From: Macrostomum lignano
Lineage: Eukaryota
Length of the DNA: 64,000 nucleotides
NCBI GenBank assembly: GCA_002269645.1
Contig: NIVC01000099.1
Span: 62,001 to 126,000 of the forward strand
Reading direction: 5' to 3'
Shown here: in pieces, positions 22,205-34,900 of the stretch
How positions within the stretch are numbered: position 1 is the first letter of the stretch
How the letters are laid out: each line of letters starts with the position of its first letter
The notes under the pieces: generated by a model
Told to the model about the DNA's origin: nothing
Seen by the model: the letters and a program-made list of their open reading frames with translations, nothing else
Database searches by the model: none
Position numbers and translations under genes: made by a program

Positions 22205-22329
22205 AGCATGTTGTTTAGGGAACTTTTCACTTCACTTGGTGTTTTAGGAGCGTTCAAGTTTTGTTTATTTAGTGTACTGAGACAGGGGCATCCGCAGCTC
22301 TGTTGACTTTCATCAACCCACACAAACAG

Positions 22330-23218
22330 CATCAAACCGCAAATCGTTTCTCATCCCGTTTCTCATCCCGTTTCTCAACCCGTATCTCATCCCGTATCTC
22401 ACCCCGTTTCTCACCCCGTTTCTCATCCCGTTTCTCATCCCGTTTCTCATCCCGTATCTCAACCCATATCTCATCCCGTATCTCACCCCGTTTCTCACCC
22501 CGTTTCTCAACCCGTTTCTCAACCCGTTTCTCAACCCGTATCTCATCCCGTTTCTCATCCCGTTTCTCATCCCGTTTCTCATCCCGTATCTCACCCCGTT
22601 TCTCAACCCGTTTCTCAACCCGTATCTCATCCCGTTTCTCATCCCGTTTCTCATCCCGTTTCTCATCCCGTATCTCACCCCGTTTCTCAACCCGTATCTC
22701 ATCCCGTTTCTCAACCCGTATCTCACCCCGTTTCTCACCCCGTTTCTCACCCCGTTTCTCAATCCGTATCTCATCCCGTTTCTCACCCCGTTTCTCATCC
22801 CGTTTCTCATCCCGTTTCTCACCCCGTATCTCAACCCATATCTCATCCCGTATCTCACCCCGTTTCTCACCCCGTTTCTCAATCCGTTTCTCAACCCGTT
22901 TCTCAACCCGTATCTCATCCCGTTTCTCATCCCGTTTCTCATCCCGTTTCTCAACCCGTATCTCATCCCGTATCTCACCCCGTTTCTCAACCCGTATCTC
23001 ATCCCGTTTCTCAATCCGTATCTCATCCCGTTTCTCATCCCGTTTCTCATCCCGTTTCTCAACCCATATCTCATCCCGTATCTCACCCCGTTTCTCACCC
23101 CGTTTCTCATCTCGTTTCTCATCCCGTTTCTCATCCCGTTTCTCATCCCGTTTCTCAACCCGTATCTCAACCCGTATCTCACCCCGTATCTCATCCCGTT
23201 TCTCAACCCGTATCTCAT
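22330..23218. repeat. 12-bp minisatellite (tctcatcccgtt and variants), ~74 copies
   Basis: Directly visible. Confidence 0.97.
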
Positions 23219-25431
23219 AAGTTTGCTCAGTTACAAGTATTCGATTATGACAACTTTGTGTTTCTTAGGGTTTACAGTAGTCTGTCTGTATTCACTGGTC
23301 CATAGGGCGAAGACAATGTGTACATAATTAATTTTTGACATCCCACGCCAAAAACTAAACTGGAATGTATTCAGAAATACATGCAAATAGTATAGTAAAA
23401 ACTATATATAATGATTTGATATCATTCTGTAACTATTGAGGTTTTATGCTACTTTTATCGTACTCATATTTGATTCGATTCAAAGAGTAGCATGAAAAAG
23501 TTACTGGTCTTGTCGATTTTCTTATTAAACTACATGTACTGCATGTATCGAGAGGACTTCCAATTTGACTAGACGGGTCCTTGGCTACAACTGTGCATCC
23601 CATCATATCTACCAATGAAACCTTCAGTAAACTGCAGTCCCGAGAGACTGACAACACAAAGACAAAGGCATTAAAGTCCCGAACAGACAGACACTACACT
23701 TCGAAACTTCACAATAGCATTCCGGCACGCTCAAGGCTTGTCTCTTCTCAGCTCTGCTCTCTCTTCTCTCCTCTCTTCTCTCCTCCATCATCTCTTTCAC
23801 CTCATCAATGCTTTCATCTCCTTTGTCTTCTCTTTCATCTCCCTCTTATCTCATATCTCATCTATTTTCTCATCTCATCACCTTTAGCAAGATATATCGC
23901 TCTTGAAAATCGCTATCCTTTGTGTCGTAATCCAAAATATCTTTCCAAGAGTATTTTTTGCGATTTTTTCCTTTCGTAGTTTTTTCTTCTTTCCGATTGA
24001 CCCCACCACTAAAGATTTTAGCCACGCTTAAAACAGAACCAAATATAAATGTGAAACCCCCACAACTTCTAAAAGTATACCTCCCACCAGCGCCTTATCA
24101 TCGCAAACCACGAGTCAAAGCAGGCAGTGTCGCCACTTAGGAGCGGACATCCCCTACACCGCCCATCATCTACAGTTGAAAACCGCAGCTCACACAATGA
24201 ATATTTAACTTTTGGAAGAGAAAGAAGTCACATGGTTCCACGTCAGATGAATGCTGTTGGCTGTTTAACTAGAGTCCTTGCGTCTCCAAGAACCATAGCC
24301 TTTGTCTGCTCGTTCAGTAGCACCGAAGCGCCACGTGAGCCGAGGTAACTGGAGATCATCCTCTTTCTGTGCTTCTGTTCTGCCTCATCTGGACTCGGGC
24401 TCGTAGCAGTAAGGTAGCTCGGTCGCAAGTCACAATGATAGCGACTACATTTGAGACACCTGGCAACTGGTCAGCTTGTGCGGGCCGATGTTATCATGCC
24501 TCTATATTTAGTCTCTTGATTCGTTCTTCGCTTGTGATCTTCCACCAGCTGTTGGACACGAGCCAATGTTTTAAATCCTGAGGCAGCTTCTTCCCGTCTT
24601 CCAAGGAGTCTTGGCCAGGTCAAAACTCCCTGCGGTTGCTAATTGTGAAGTAGAACCTACACAAGCCACTGACTCTTTCGTGGCACCGTCAGGTAGGGAG
24701 GGTGTGCGATGTTAAAACTGCCCGAGCGGGCGAATATTATATTTTCTTGAAGTTTCAGGAGTCCGTACAAAAAAAGATGTATTTTTCTAGCGGCGATAGG
24801 AAGAATACCATAGGAAAAGAGGTATAAGCGAGGCTAAAAACTTTTATTGTGCCACTTGTTATAACCAAAATGCTTTTAAAACACGTTAAAATATTTTCGT
24901 ATTTTCACAAAAAAAATATTGCTATTGCTGCATTGCAATGCCTTTCAATTCGATCTTGGTCAAAATAAAATTAACCAGCACATTCCATTTTTGGGTTTGC
25001 CAAACCTTTTATCGTCCGAAGTTAAAATGGAATTTTCAGGTGTATCACATACATTATGGGAAAATCTGACCTTCTGCATGCCAGAATTGTTGAATATCTC
25101 GACGATCCTTTTAGTCAGTCAGGTTTTGAGTGCTCTTACAGCTGGGAGTTCACGAATCCTAATGGCCTCTAACAGCCGGTTGTCAACAAGTCAATATACG
25201 AGTACCTCTATTCTAACTGCACACAGCTTGGCAAGAATATCAATCATACATGTATTTGAAGATGAAGAGTTTAATGGGAGCTGTTCCAGATCGTGTCAGT
25301 CAATTTGGTAAGTTATCATAATTGCCAGGCTGTATAAATACAAGCTGAATTTGATAGCCTAGAGTTGCGCAGATCCGATAGGGCCCGGAATACAAAACAG
25401 TCAGTCTGGCAGCAGCACATCTGAGTAGGGC

Positions 25432-27086
25432 ATGCGGCGCACCTTCATTTGGATCTTCGCCTGGCTCTGCATCAGAACTGTGGAAGACGCCGGAGCTGTT
25501 TCTGTTGACTCGGCCCAGAAGCGCTTTGTCCTGAGTGAGAACTCGATTGTACTCGGAGATCGGGTGAGCAGCTTCTTGGTCTCCATCACGATGACTCTGG
25601 GCCTTCAATGCTTCACCGAATGCTCCAGGCTGGGCTGCGCAGCCGTCAAGATGAGCGTCGCAGCGGGACGGTGCGAGCTGCTGCTGTTGCACGACGCTTC
25701 GAAGCCGGGCCGAGCAGAGCTGGCTGGCACTTTCAAGCACCGGACACTGAGCGTGGAGACCGGCTGGCTGCTGTGGAAGACGGCCGACTTTGAGGAGCTG
25801 CTGAAGCTCAGTACCTTTCCACGACTGTTGGTTGTCAATCGTGAGTACTTCAAACATTTGAGATTTTTAGGGTTTTCTATTTCGAACCGTCAGTGAGTAG
25901 CCTCTGCCTATCTGTGAACTTGGAGCTCTAATGAAATGATACATGTCCCTGTACCGGTGGCTTTCATTGTTACACATCCGGGGATAGTTCCTGAGTTTGG
26001 GTTTTTCAAGCTTCTCAGTCGTTAACCGGCTTATAACAACCCTAAGGTCGTGCCCCAAATCAGTTGATCTATCTAATAACAAGTAAGATTTCTGCATAAA
26101 AAAGCAAGTTCGCCATGCTACTGTCCGCAGCCTCACCTGGAAATGGATCAATCGAGAGCTTTCTGGTGCCGATCGCTGCCTGCTACCGAATCGAGGCCCG
26201 AGGTGGCAGGGGCGGCTCCACCTATCCAGGGAGGAGTCTCTTCACAGGCGGCAGACGGGCCTTCATGGCAGGCACGTTTAACCTCACTGCCGGCTCCAGG
26301 CTCTCCATTGTTGTCGGACGGCGGGGCGGCGATGCGTCTCAGAACGAAGACTTCGCCGGCTCAGGCGGCGGCGGCGGCTCGTTTGTGTACGCGGAGGGAG
26401 CCGGCATGCCGCTGCTTGTGGCAGGAGGGGACGGCGGTGGCAATAAAGACTCTGAAGGTTGGTGTCTTCTGTTATGCTACATGTACCGGCTGACCCGCGC
26501 ATCAATTCCTGTCTAATAGCTTTCAGTTGTGCCATTTTGATGACCCAAAAGGTCCCGCTATTGAGATAAAGACACTGTTCTACGCTTTTAATGCTTGACA
26601 GGTAAACCCGGCAGAAATGGAACCAGCGGCAGCACGTCAGCTGTGGAGAATGAGGAGCAAACCGGCTTCGGTGGTTCTGATGGGTATCCGGGCTTCCTTC
26701 ATCCCAGTGTTCTCCCGGAGATTCCAAGTACATTTGGTGGCATGGGAGCCGGCTGGTTCGGCAAGGCGAACATTTCGTGGAGACGTGTCGATGGCGGACC
26801 TGGTGGCAGCCGGCTTGACGGCTGGGTTGGCGGGACCGGAGGCCTCGGCAACCCTGGCGCCATCGGTGGATTCGGTGGCGGTGGGGGCGGTGGGGAGTCT
26901 CCCGGCGCCAGTGGCGGCGGCGGAGGCTTCAGCGGTGGCGGTGCGGGTTTCGGTGGTGCTTGCGGCGGCGGCGGCGGAGGCTCCTACTGCGGCGGCAGCG
27001 ACTGCGTCGGAGTGACCGGTGGCAACACGAAAGGGGAGCACGGCTCGGTTGCCATGGAGATTCTGCTCGGCGCTGTTTGCAATTGA
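25432..27086 (+). CDS. Secreted protein: signal peptide + PAN/Apple domain + ALK/LTK-type glycine-rich domain
   Basis: Exons 25432-25810, 26131-26457, 26602-27086 (both junctions phase 1). Signal peptide MRRTFIWIFAWLCIRTVEDA; PAN pattern QCFTECSRLGCAAV..GRCEL; glycine-rich domain motifs FLVP..CYRIEARGGRGG, GTFNLTAGSRLSIVVG, GGGGGSFV, LLVAGG, GGFGGGGG, GGGGGFSGG, GGGGSY. No TM helix. Confidence 0.82.
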
Positions 27087-28983
27087 GGTCTAGTGTTCAA
27101 CTAGATTAGCTACTTTAACAAAGAGGTCCACGGTTGCGAACAAATGAATTGATTGTTTATTTTAAAAATATTCACCAAGTAAACAAATAACAAATAGATT
27201 GATTAAACTTGAAACTAAAGTCCAAAATTATATTCAGCAAGCATTCAAAAAGTATTAAACAGCTTTAAGAATTCACTTATACTGATTTCTCACGAATCTA
27301 CAAAATCGAAAATCAAACCTCAAAGCAGAAAAGACCGACCAGGACGCAGTCTAGACTGAAAGAAACTAAAAAAGTTGACTTTGATCTACTGTCTCTCGTG
27401 AAAATCAAAGCGACAGTACTATAGAGAACCCCTCAACAAGCAACGAGGCAAAAAGCAGATACGCCCACTTCGTTGACCCCTAAGCACATGGATACGCACA
27501 CGCGCTCACATAGGATGCACAGCGGCCTTGACTTTCCCTTCGTCAGCAGTATAATAATCGTAATAATAATGTATTATAATTTATTACAACCGCAGCTATT
27601 TGCGCGTAGCATCCAAAGGCTGTATACGGCTGTTAAGTGTGTCCAAACAATCTATAACCCTCTTCGTCAGACATGTACACACTGGCCTTACGATCTAAGT
27701 GCTGGCCAACACGTACCTGAATCGCACGCGCCCCGGACCAATGTTCGCACATAAGGACCAAATTAAGGTGACTGCGCACTCGGAATCGAACCGATGGGTA
27801 ATGTATTAACTCACGCAAACTCTGCTAGTTAAATTAGAACGCGTGGAGGCATTAAGTGACTGCAATACATGTATATTAAACTAACGATGAATCGTGCTCA
27901 CGCCGCTCCACACGCTCATGCAGTAGACAGATACCTTGGCGCGAGCCGAACTCAAGCCGGCACATCAAGCGGACTGTACAACGACCTTGACCCCCCTCCC
28001 AGCGTCCCGTAAAGCGGCAGAGTGAGTTTTTTTCATCCATATGGTAGATTCCTTCACACGCGAGCGCCGTTGAATGAAATACAGGCTTGGAAAAATCAAT
28101 AAATATCCTACAGCTCAGATCGCGTCTGGCATATTTTAAAGAGAATATTTGAAGAGTCAGTTTACAAGTGTTTCTATTTTTAGCAACATTCAAACCGCAT
28201 TTCTCCGCTTGAGACTGTCCGCGTTAAGCAAGCAGTACGAGGTATTTGAATCTAAAATGTGAAGAAATTTCAAGATTAGTACTCACTCTAAACTTTCAAA
28301 ATTTGCATACAAATCTCGATTTTATCGTCTACATATGAGCGATGCTTTTCTATTTTAGCCTAAAATCGAATGCTAAAATGATCAACAGAAACCCTTTTGA
28401 GATCTGTCTGTTCTGGCATTCATTTCCGCGACAGCTCATTATCAAAGCATTACTGAAGTCACTACCCTTCCTGTATGCTCCCGGTGCTCCCGGATCGGCA
28501 GCTGCCCAAAGCCTTAAGGGGTTATTGTGAGGGACAAATTTTAATGCAAGAGCTGTACGCGCGGGCGAGTACCACATGCCGCTGACCACGAGCGTACATA
28601 AAGTGTATCTGACGGAAGCAAACGCTTGGCCCTGCACGCCCTTCTACTCTTCTCCCTAATCCCTGCCCCTTCCCTCTACCATTTCGCTTCGCTGCATTGC
28701 AGTAGTTGAGTCTCCGGGGTGCACAGTGACTGGAAAGGGGAGGACAATCCGCGTCTCTGTTGCCAAGCACCCGTGTCATTGATTTCGCGCGATCGCTTAT
28801 TGATTTGGTCTGGAGACGCTCTGTTTTAGATTAAGGCGCTCGCTACTTTGGGGCGAAGCTGTTTCAGAGCGGGATCGGTCCGGTTTCTAGTGAGCTGACG
28901 CACCCTAGTTAAAAAAACAGAAATCTTCATAAAAGAGCTCATAATTAAGCCATAATCACGCATCACTCACACCGACAAGTCTG

Positions 28984-31900
28984 ATGCCTGCCTTGCTAGT
29001 CAGCATCGGCACTTTGCTTGTCTTCGCTTTGACAGCTTTCGCCTCCAACTGCTCTCCGGCTTGCGTGAATGGGGCCTGCAACGCTGCTGGGACCTGCGTC
29101 TGTTCCACCGGCACGTTTCTGACATTTACGGACACCAAGTGTGACAGTGAGTGGCTTACACCACGACCTACATTTAAAGGAGCTTAGATTATGTATTACT
29201 ACGCTCGTATTTCTGAAAACTTCAAAAGAACTACTCGTGTTACGTTTTTTAACTAACGCAAACTCCTTTGAAACTAGCAGAAAGCGTCTTTGAAAACAAG
29301 CATTTAATATCATCGGTTTGGGATGCACTGGAAAAGAGTCGTCAAACCATTAATTCCATCAGCAGTCATCGATCTTTTCAAGCCTACACAGGCATACACA
29401 GTTAATGTTCATAATATTAATGATTAAAGAGACATAAAAATGCGAATTTATTCAAATTAATTCCAGATGTGAGCACAATTTCTGCTGGAGGTGTCGTCAG
29501 TAAGCTTGCACAGAGCAATACAACTTTTCTGCAGTCGCAGCAGGTCAACTTTGCTGACACCGTGTTCCAGGGCGGGTTCCCCATTGGAGAGGGTGTCATT
29601 GCCACCGCTCTCTTCGTAAGTACTTTTTGCAACACGAATGACAGCTGAATATGGCAGTAGCTCTTTGATTTGATTAGATTTTTTGTTTATATTTTAAAGG
29701 ACTAATCAATAAAACAAAACTCGAACCTGATCAGATCTGCTCAAACGGCTACGTAACATTGGACAGCAACTACTGCACAAGCAGAATCGATTTGCTGCGG
29801 AATTCTGTCGCGCCTTCATTTATCGCCCCATTTGCGACCAGCTTCGACTATCGCAGCGCTGTCGGTGCTGTCTCCACAGAGTCAAGCATCACCTACGAGC
29901 TGGTTCCGAGCATCGATGCCGTGCCGCGTCTGAGCCAGATGCGCGCCAACATCAGCGACCTGGCGAACACCACATCGGCCATTGTGATCACTTGGAACAA
30001 AATGTCGCCACCGACGCTGGAGTATAGCAAAACTGTGCAGCAGGTTTGTTTCATGGTTTATTTTGCTGTTCGACTTTCTGTAAATACGCCTGTTAAGGAC
30101 TAGATACACAATATAGTATTGCATTAATGGAGATCACCGCTCAAAATGGGTTCATTTCAGATCACCATGCAGCTAATAATTTTCACAGACATGCGGAAGG
30201 TCACAGTTGCTGCGATGCTTTACTCGGCCAACACGCTAAAGCACTACTTCAACTGGGTGCCCACCCTGATTGCTTGGAAAACTGGTGGCAACTTGGTCAC
30301 CCTGGCAAGCACTCGCAGTACAGCCATGGCTTATGCAAACCAGACTGTCAACTACAACCGTGAGTTTTACGCTGAATTCAAAGGTTCTCAAGGTTAAGCC
30401 AGCCAAAGGGTTAAATTAGTCTGTAATAGTTGTATTGTTTAACAAGTAAAAAGTTAAATCTTGTACCCGCAGCTGTGAAGACTCGGATTCGAATCCTGCC
30501 AATCTACCTGAACAACAGCGCGCCGGTGAACTACGCCGCGATGTGCAGCCGAGAAGCGACAACCCCCCTGCCCGTCACACCGTCCTCTTCCGTGGCCAAC
30601 GCCTGTCCGCAGACGCAGCAGCAAGCCAGGTCTGACCCGCGGTACACCAAGGACGCCGCCACTGTTACGGGCAAGCAGCCATACAAGCTGCTGCTGACGG
30701 CCAACCTGGAGAATGTAACGCAATTGACTTGCGTGTACCATAATGACAGCGGCGGCCTCCTGATGCAGGACTCGTCCATCAAGGTGGTCAGCAAGAATGT
30801 CACTCTGGGGGTGAACCTGTTCGACTACTGCTGCAACCGGGCGCCCGCTCTGTGCAGCCTCTACTATAACGAATTTCCACAGCCTTCCTCAAGCGGTTAT
30901 GGTGCTCCCGGATCCGCAGGTTAGCGTGACAGGAGGCCAGTTTCAACTGCACCCTTTAAATGAATTGGGAAGCTTTAAATGAATGAATTGGGAAGCTAAC
31001 AAAGTAACAAACAGAAACAAAATACACACTTAGAATGTATATAAAAGCAGGCTTAAGGTTTCATACAGAGCACCTAAACCGCCCTCATTCAGGCTTCATC
31101 ACCGGCGCCGGTCTATTCCGAACCTTCGATAACTATCAGTACAAATTCTTGGCCATCGGAGACTTCTGGCTGGTGAATAACACAGGCTTAAAAGTACAGA
31201 TTCGGATGGAAAATTTGAACACGCCAAGTGCCAACAACACAGCGGGTGTCACCTCCGTGGCTGCGCAGTTCACGGGAGCAACAAACTTTTCTATCGAGGT
31301 GCGTCTGTCTTGTAGTTTGCTGCTGCTCATGAATACAGCTAAGTTGTATCCATGCGCTCCAGCCTTCCCAGCAACAATTTCAGGTGTACCGAGACAAATC
31401 CGTAGCCCAAATTAGCACTGCGCATTACAGCATCAACCAAGGTCCATTTACTCGTAAAAATCTCACAGGCAGCAGTGCTGTGCAGACGGAAGTTCTGAGC
31501 AACGGTAACAGTTTTGGAGCACAGCTCTGGAATAATTTGACCCTTTGCCTGTCGGTCCTTTACATGTTTTCTAGATAATATTTGCAAGAAACGAATGCTT
31601 AGCTACTCACAAATGTGTTGTTTCCAGTGGCAATTATCAGCAGCAGCAGTAAGATTATTTGCTACACAAGCAACTCCAACAGCTGGATCGAAGTGAGTCC
31701 AGTATCTGATGGCTTTCTGGGTTGGATAAATGCGCAGTGTGTTTGCAAGTTCAAAGCCCAACCTGATGAATTTCAGATTTCAACTGCTCCAAACGGACTC
31801 ACAGTGACGGTATTTCTCAACAAGTCGCCAGGAAACGTTGCTGGATTGCTGGGAAACTATGATGCCAACAGCCAGAACGAGGTGGCTTACCGGAACGGAA

Positions 31901-34900
31901 CCGCGCTGTCTGTGGCGCAACAGGCGAATCTGACGCTGTTTACGGAAGCCTTGACTAGCTGTGAGCATTTTGCAACCATAGTACGTTCGTACAGCGTAAG
32001 CTAGAAGTACAGGCATGAAAGTGGACATCTTTAGTTTTTTCTAATAGCTTTGTCGGTTCCAAAATAGTCTTAGGAAAATGACAGTCATACTTAAAAATAT
32101 AACCCATTATTAATATATTGATTAGTGCCTCTGTGAGCCCGGTGCCAAAAAGTAAAAGTACATATGTATGAATTCCATTTCCGTAAAATATTGTACCACT
32201 ACACTACTAAATCGAATTACTGATTATTACCAGCGTACACTGCTGAAGAAGGAAGTTCAACTTGCAGAAACTCAAGACTGCTTCAAGAGTCTCAAAATCT
32301 AGAGATTTAAAGTGCTGCTTACTTTCGACCACAAATGCAGGGGCCGTAGCGCCGGCTGGCGAATCCCTGTTTCTGAACTTGTCGACCCCGCCAACAGCTG
32401 CCACCAACTGGACGCCGCTCTATTGGAATGCTGCTTGGAACACCAACCAGACGGCGCTGATTGAGGCACTCTTTTCTGGCAACGAGACAGTCTACAACGC
32501 CTCAGTGGCGGCTTGCTCTGCCAAGCTCAGCAACACAACCGAGTACCGGTACTGCATACTCGAGTTTGTTGACTGCAAACTGCAGGCCTCGTGCTCAGAG
32601 GCTTACCTTACTCGCCTAGACTCTCTGTTTGTGCAGCTCAAAGACCTCTCCTGCTTGCCACCGCAGTGGAACGCAACTTCCACTCCGTTCAATGTTAAAG
32701 AAGGCGACATCTTCAAAATGGAGCTTGCGACGGTGGTAGATGGCGGCAGTTCTGGCCGAACTTTTTCAAAGATTTCAGGACCAGTTGGACTAAACGTGTA
32801 TGAGAACGGCAGTTTGACCTGGGTGCCAGCTCAGAGCGAAATCTCAGCGCTGATCGTGCTGAGGGTTGCTGACGTGGCCAGCGGCTGCGCCAGTCTCTGG
32901 CCGGTGCCGCTCAGGATGACCAGACGGAACGGCCTGTGTCCCGCCAACGCTGCTGAAAGTTTTGCGACTCCATTGGCCTCGGGAATCGCCATCACGCCTC
33001 AGAGTGAGTAGGCAGTCAATAGTGTCAGACGCAATTGACTGCAACTGCAAGTTGTGTCTACTGCAAGTAGACACAAAATGAGTGTCAGTTTTCAATGTCC
33101 CATTCGATCTCTATTAACATTTTTGGTGTCTTTTTATATCAATAATTTTAGACCAGGCTTCCATGTCTGCCTGCGAATGCAGCCAAAATTATTACGGCCC
33201 TAACTGCACTTTCGCAACCTGTCCGTTAAACTGCTTTGCGTGCAATACCACCCTAGCAACAAGCTGCTCTTCCACCTGTCCCGCAAACTACGACCTGTCC
33301 ACATCCGGCAGCCTGACCATCTGTGCCTACAGAGACCGATGCGACAATTCCGCGTGCACAGGCGCTGCCTACACCGGGTGCATCAGTGCCGACCCAGCAA
33401 TACAAACCGAATTCTACAAGCACCAGTGCATCTGCGCGGCTGGCTTTCAGTACCCGCTCAGCAATCTGGCGAATAAAACTCGATGCGAGGGTGCGTAGCG
33501 AGAAAATTAGTTTTACTGCAACTATTAGCTGTCCTATTCAATATTAGCTTTGATTTCAACATTTTAGATATCAACGAGTGTCTGCTGCCAACGCATTGTG
33601 ACACCAGCAAAAACAGAACTTGCAATAACACTGCGCCGGGCTTCAGCTGCCCTTGCAGCGATGGATTTGAGCCTGTGGATGCAGGCTGCACAACAGGGAC
33701 ATGCAGCTGCAAGGACATCAATGAGTGCTCGAAAAATTCCAGCATCTGCTCGAACGGCAACTGCACCAACACCATCGGGTCGTACCGGTGCGAATGTTCG
33801 ACTGGCTTCTACGCAGAGACATCGCGCAAGTGCTCGGACATCGACGAGTGCGCCAACCCGGCAACCAGCAAGTGCACACACGACTGCACCAACACGCCGG
33901 GAGGCTTTAATTGCACCTGCAAAAACGGTTTCGCTCATCCGAGCAGCGATCCGGTGGCTTGTGTTGCCCAAACGAACTGCACGAGCAATACTTGCGCGTA
34001 CAAGAGCATGTGCGCCAAAGTCGGTGACGCGGACACGTGCTACTGCTTGCCAAAGCAGACTCTGTCCGGAACGGCATGCAATCGTAAGTGATTCTTAGCA
34101 AAACGGTGCTTGGATTCAGGTGTATCTTTTCAGAGCTTAGGTCCAAAAACGGAATGGTGTTTAGACTTAAATTAACTCTCACAAATCCGCAAATTCTACT
34201 TTTAGCCGCATCTTACTGCACAGCCGCTACCTGTGGCGCGGGCGGCAACTGCACAGACGTCGGCGAGCCCTCCACCGGCTACAGCTGTGTCTGTGGCGAG
34301 CACTACGAGAAAAATAGCCTCGGCACGTGCGTCAGTGAGTTGACAGAAGACTCGCTGTGGTCTTGATTCTGCATTGAATGTTTCTGTTCGGTATAATTGC
34401 TTGCGACAAGAAGCTCTAGAAATTTACAATCGAACTATTTATACCAGTACTATATCGGTAAAGAAGAAATATGGTATATAAAGCAAGACGGAACTACGAA
34501 GTGTTTTCAAAATAAGTAGACTTCTGTTAAATAGAAACGTGTTGCAGTGCCCTCTACTCACAATTTTTTCGTATTATATTTAGTAAGTAGGACTGCTTAG
34601 ATCGGTAATAAGTAATTTATACGCTGGTATTTCAATCTTTCTCTGTCATGCAAAGTTTGTAAATTCAGATGATTAGAAATAATCATCGTCAAAAATTGAG
34701 TCAATTTTAAATGCTACTAAAATCTTTCCACAGAGAAGCAGTACTGCACGGACCCCTCAAAGTACCCGGGAGTTTGTCCTGCTGGTGGCAAATTCGAGTG
34801 TACGACAAACGTCACAACAAATGCCCCTACTTGCGCCTGCTCGTCTGGGTACGCAAAAGACAATTCAACCCAAATTTGCGTGGACATCAACGAATGCGAC

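Noticed and set aside
22303-23220. RFSS and MRNG repeat ORFs of about 300 aa
   Set aside because: They are stop-free frames of a 12-bp satellite on both strands.
24100-25320. Broken reading frames on the minus strand, possibly a decayed retroelement or gene
   Set aside because: Only vague motif resemblance and several stops; there is no diagnostic domain.
27850-28800. Short GC-richer minus-strand ORFs (105, 95 and 85 aa)
   Set aside because: There is no recognisable domain and I could not build a consistent splice model.
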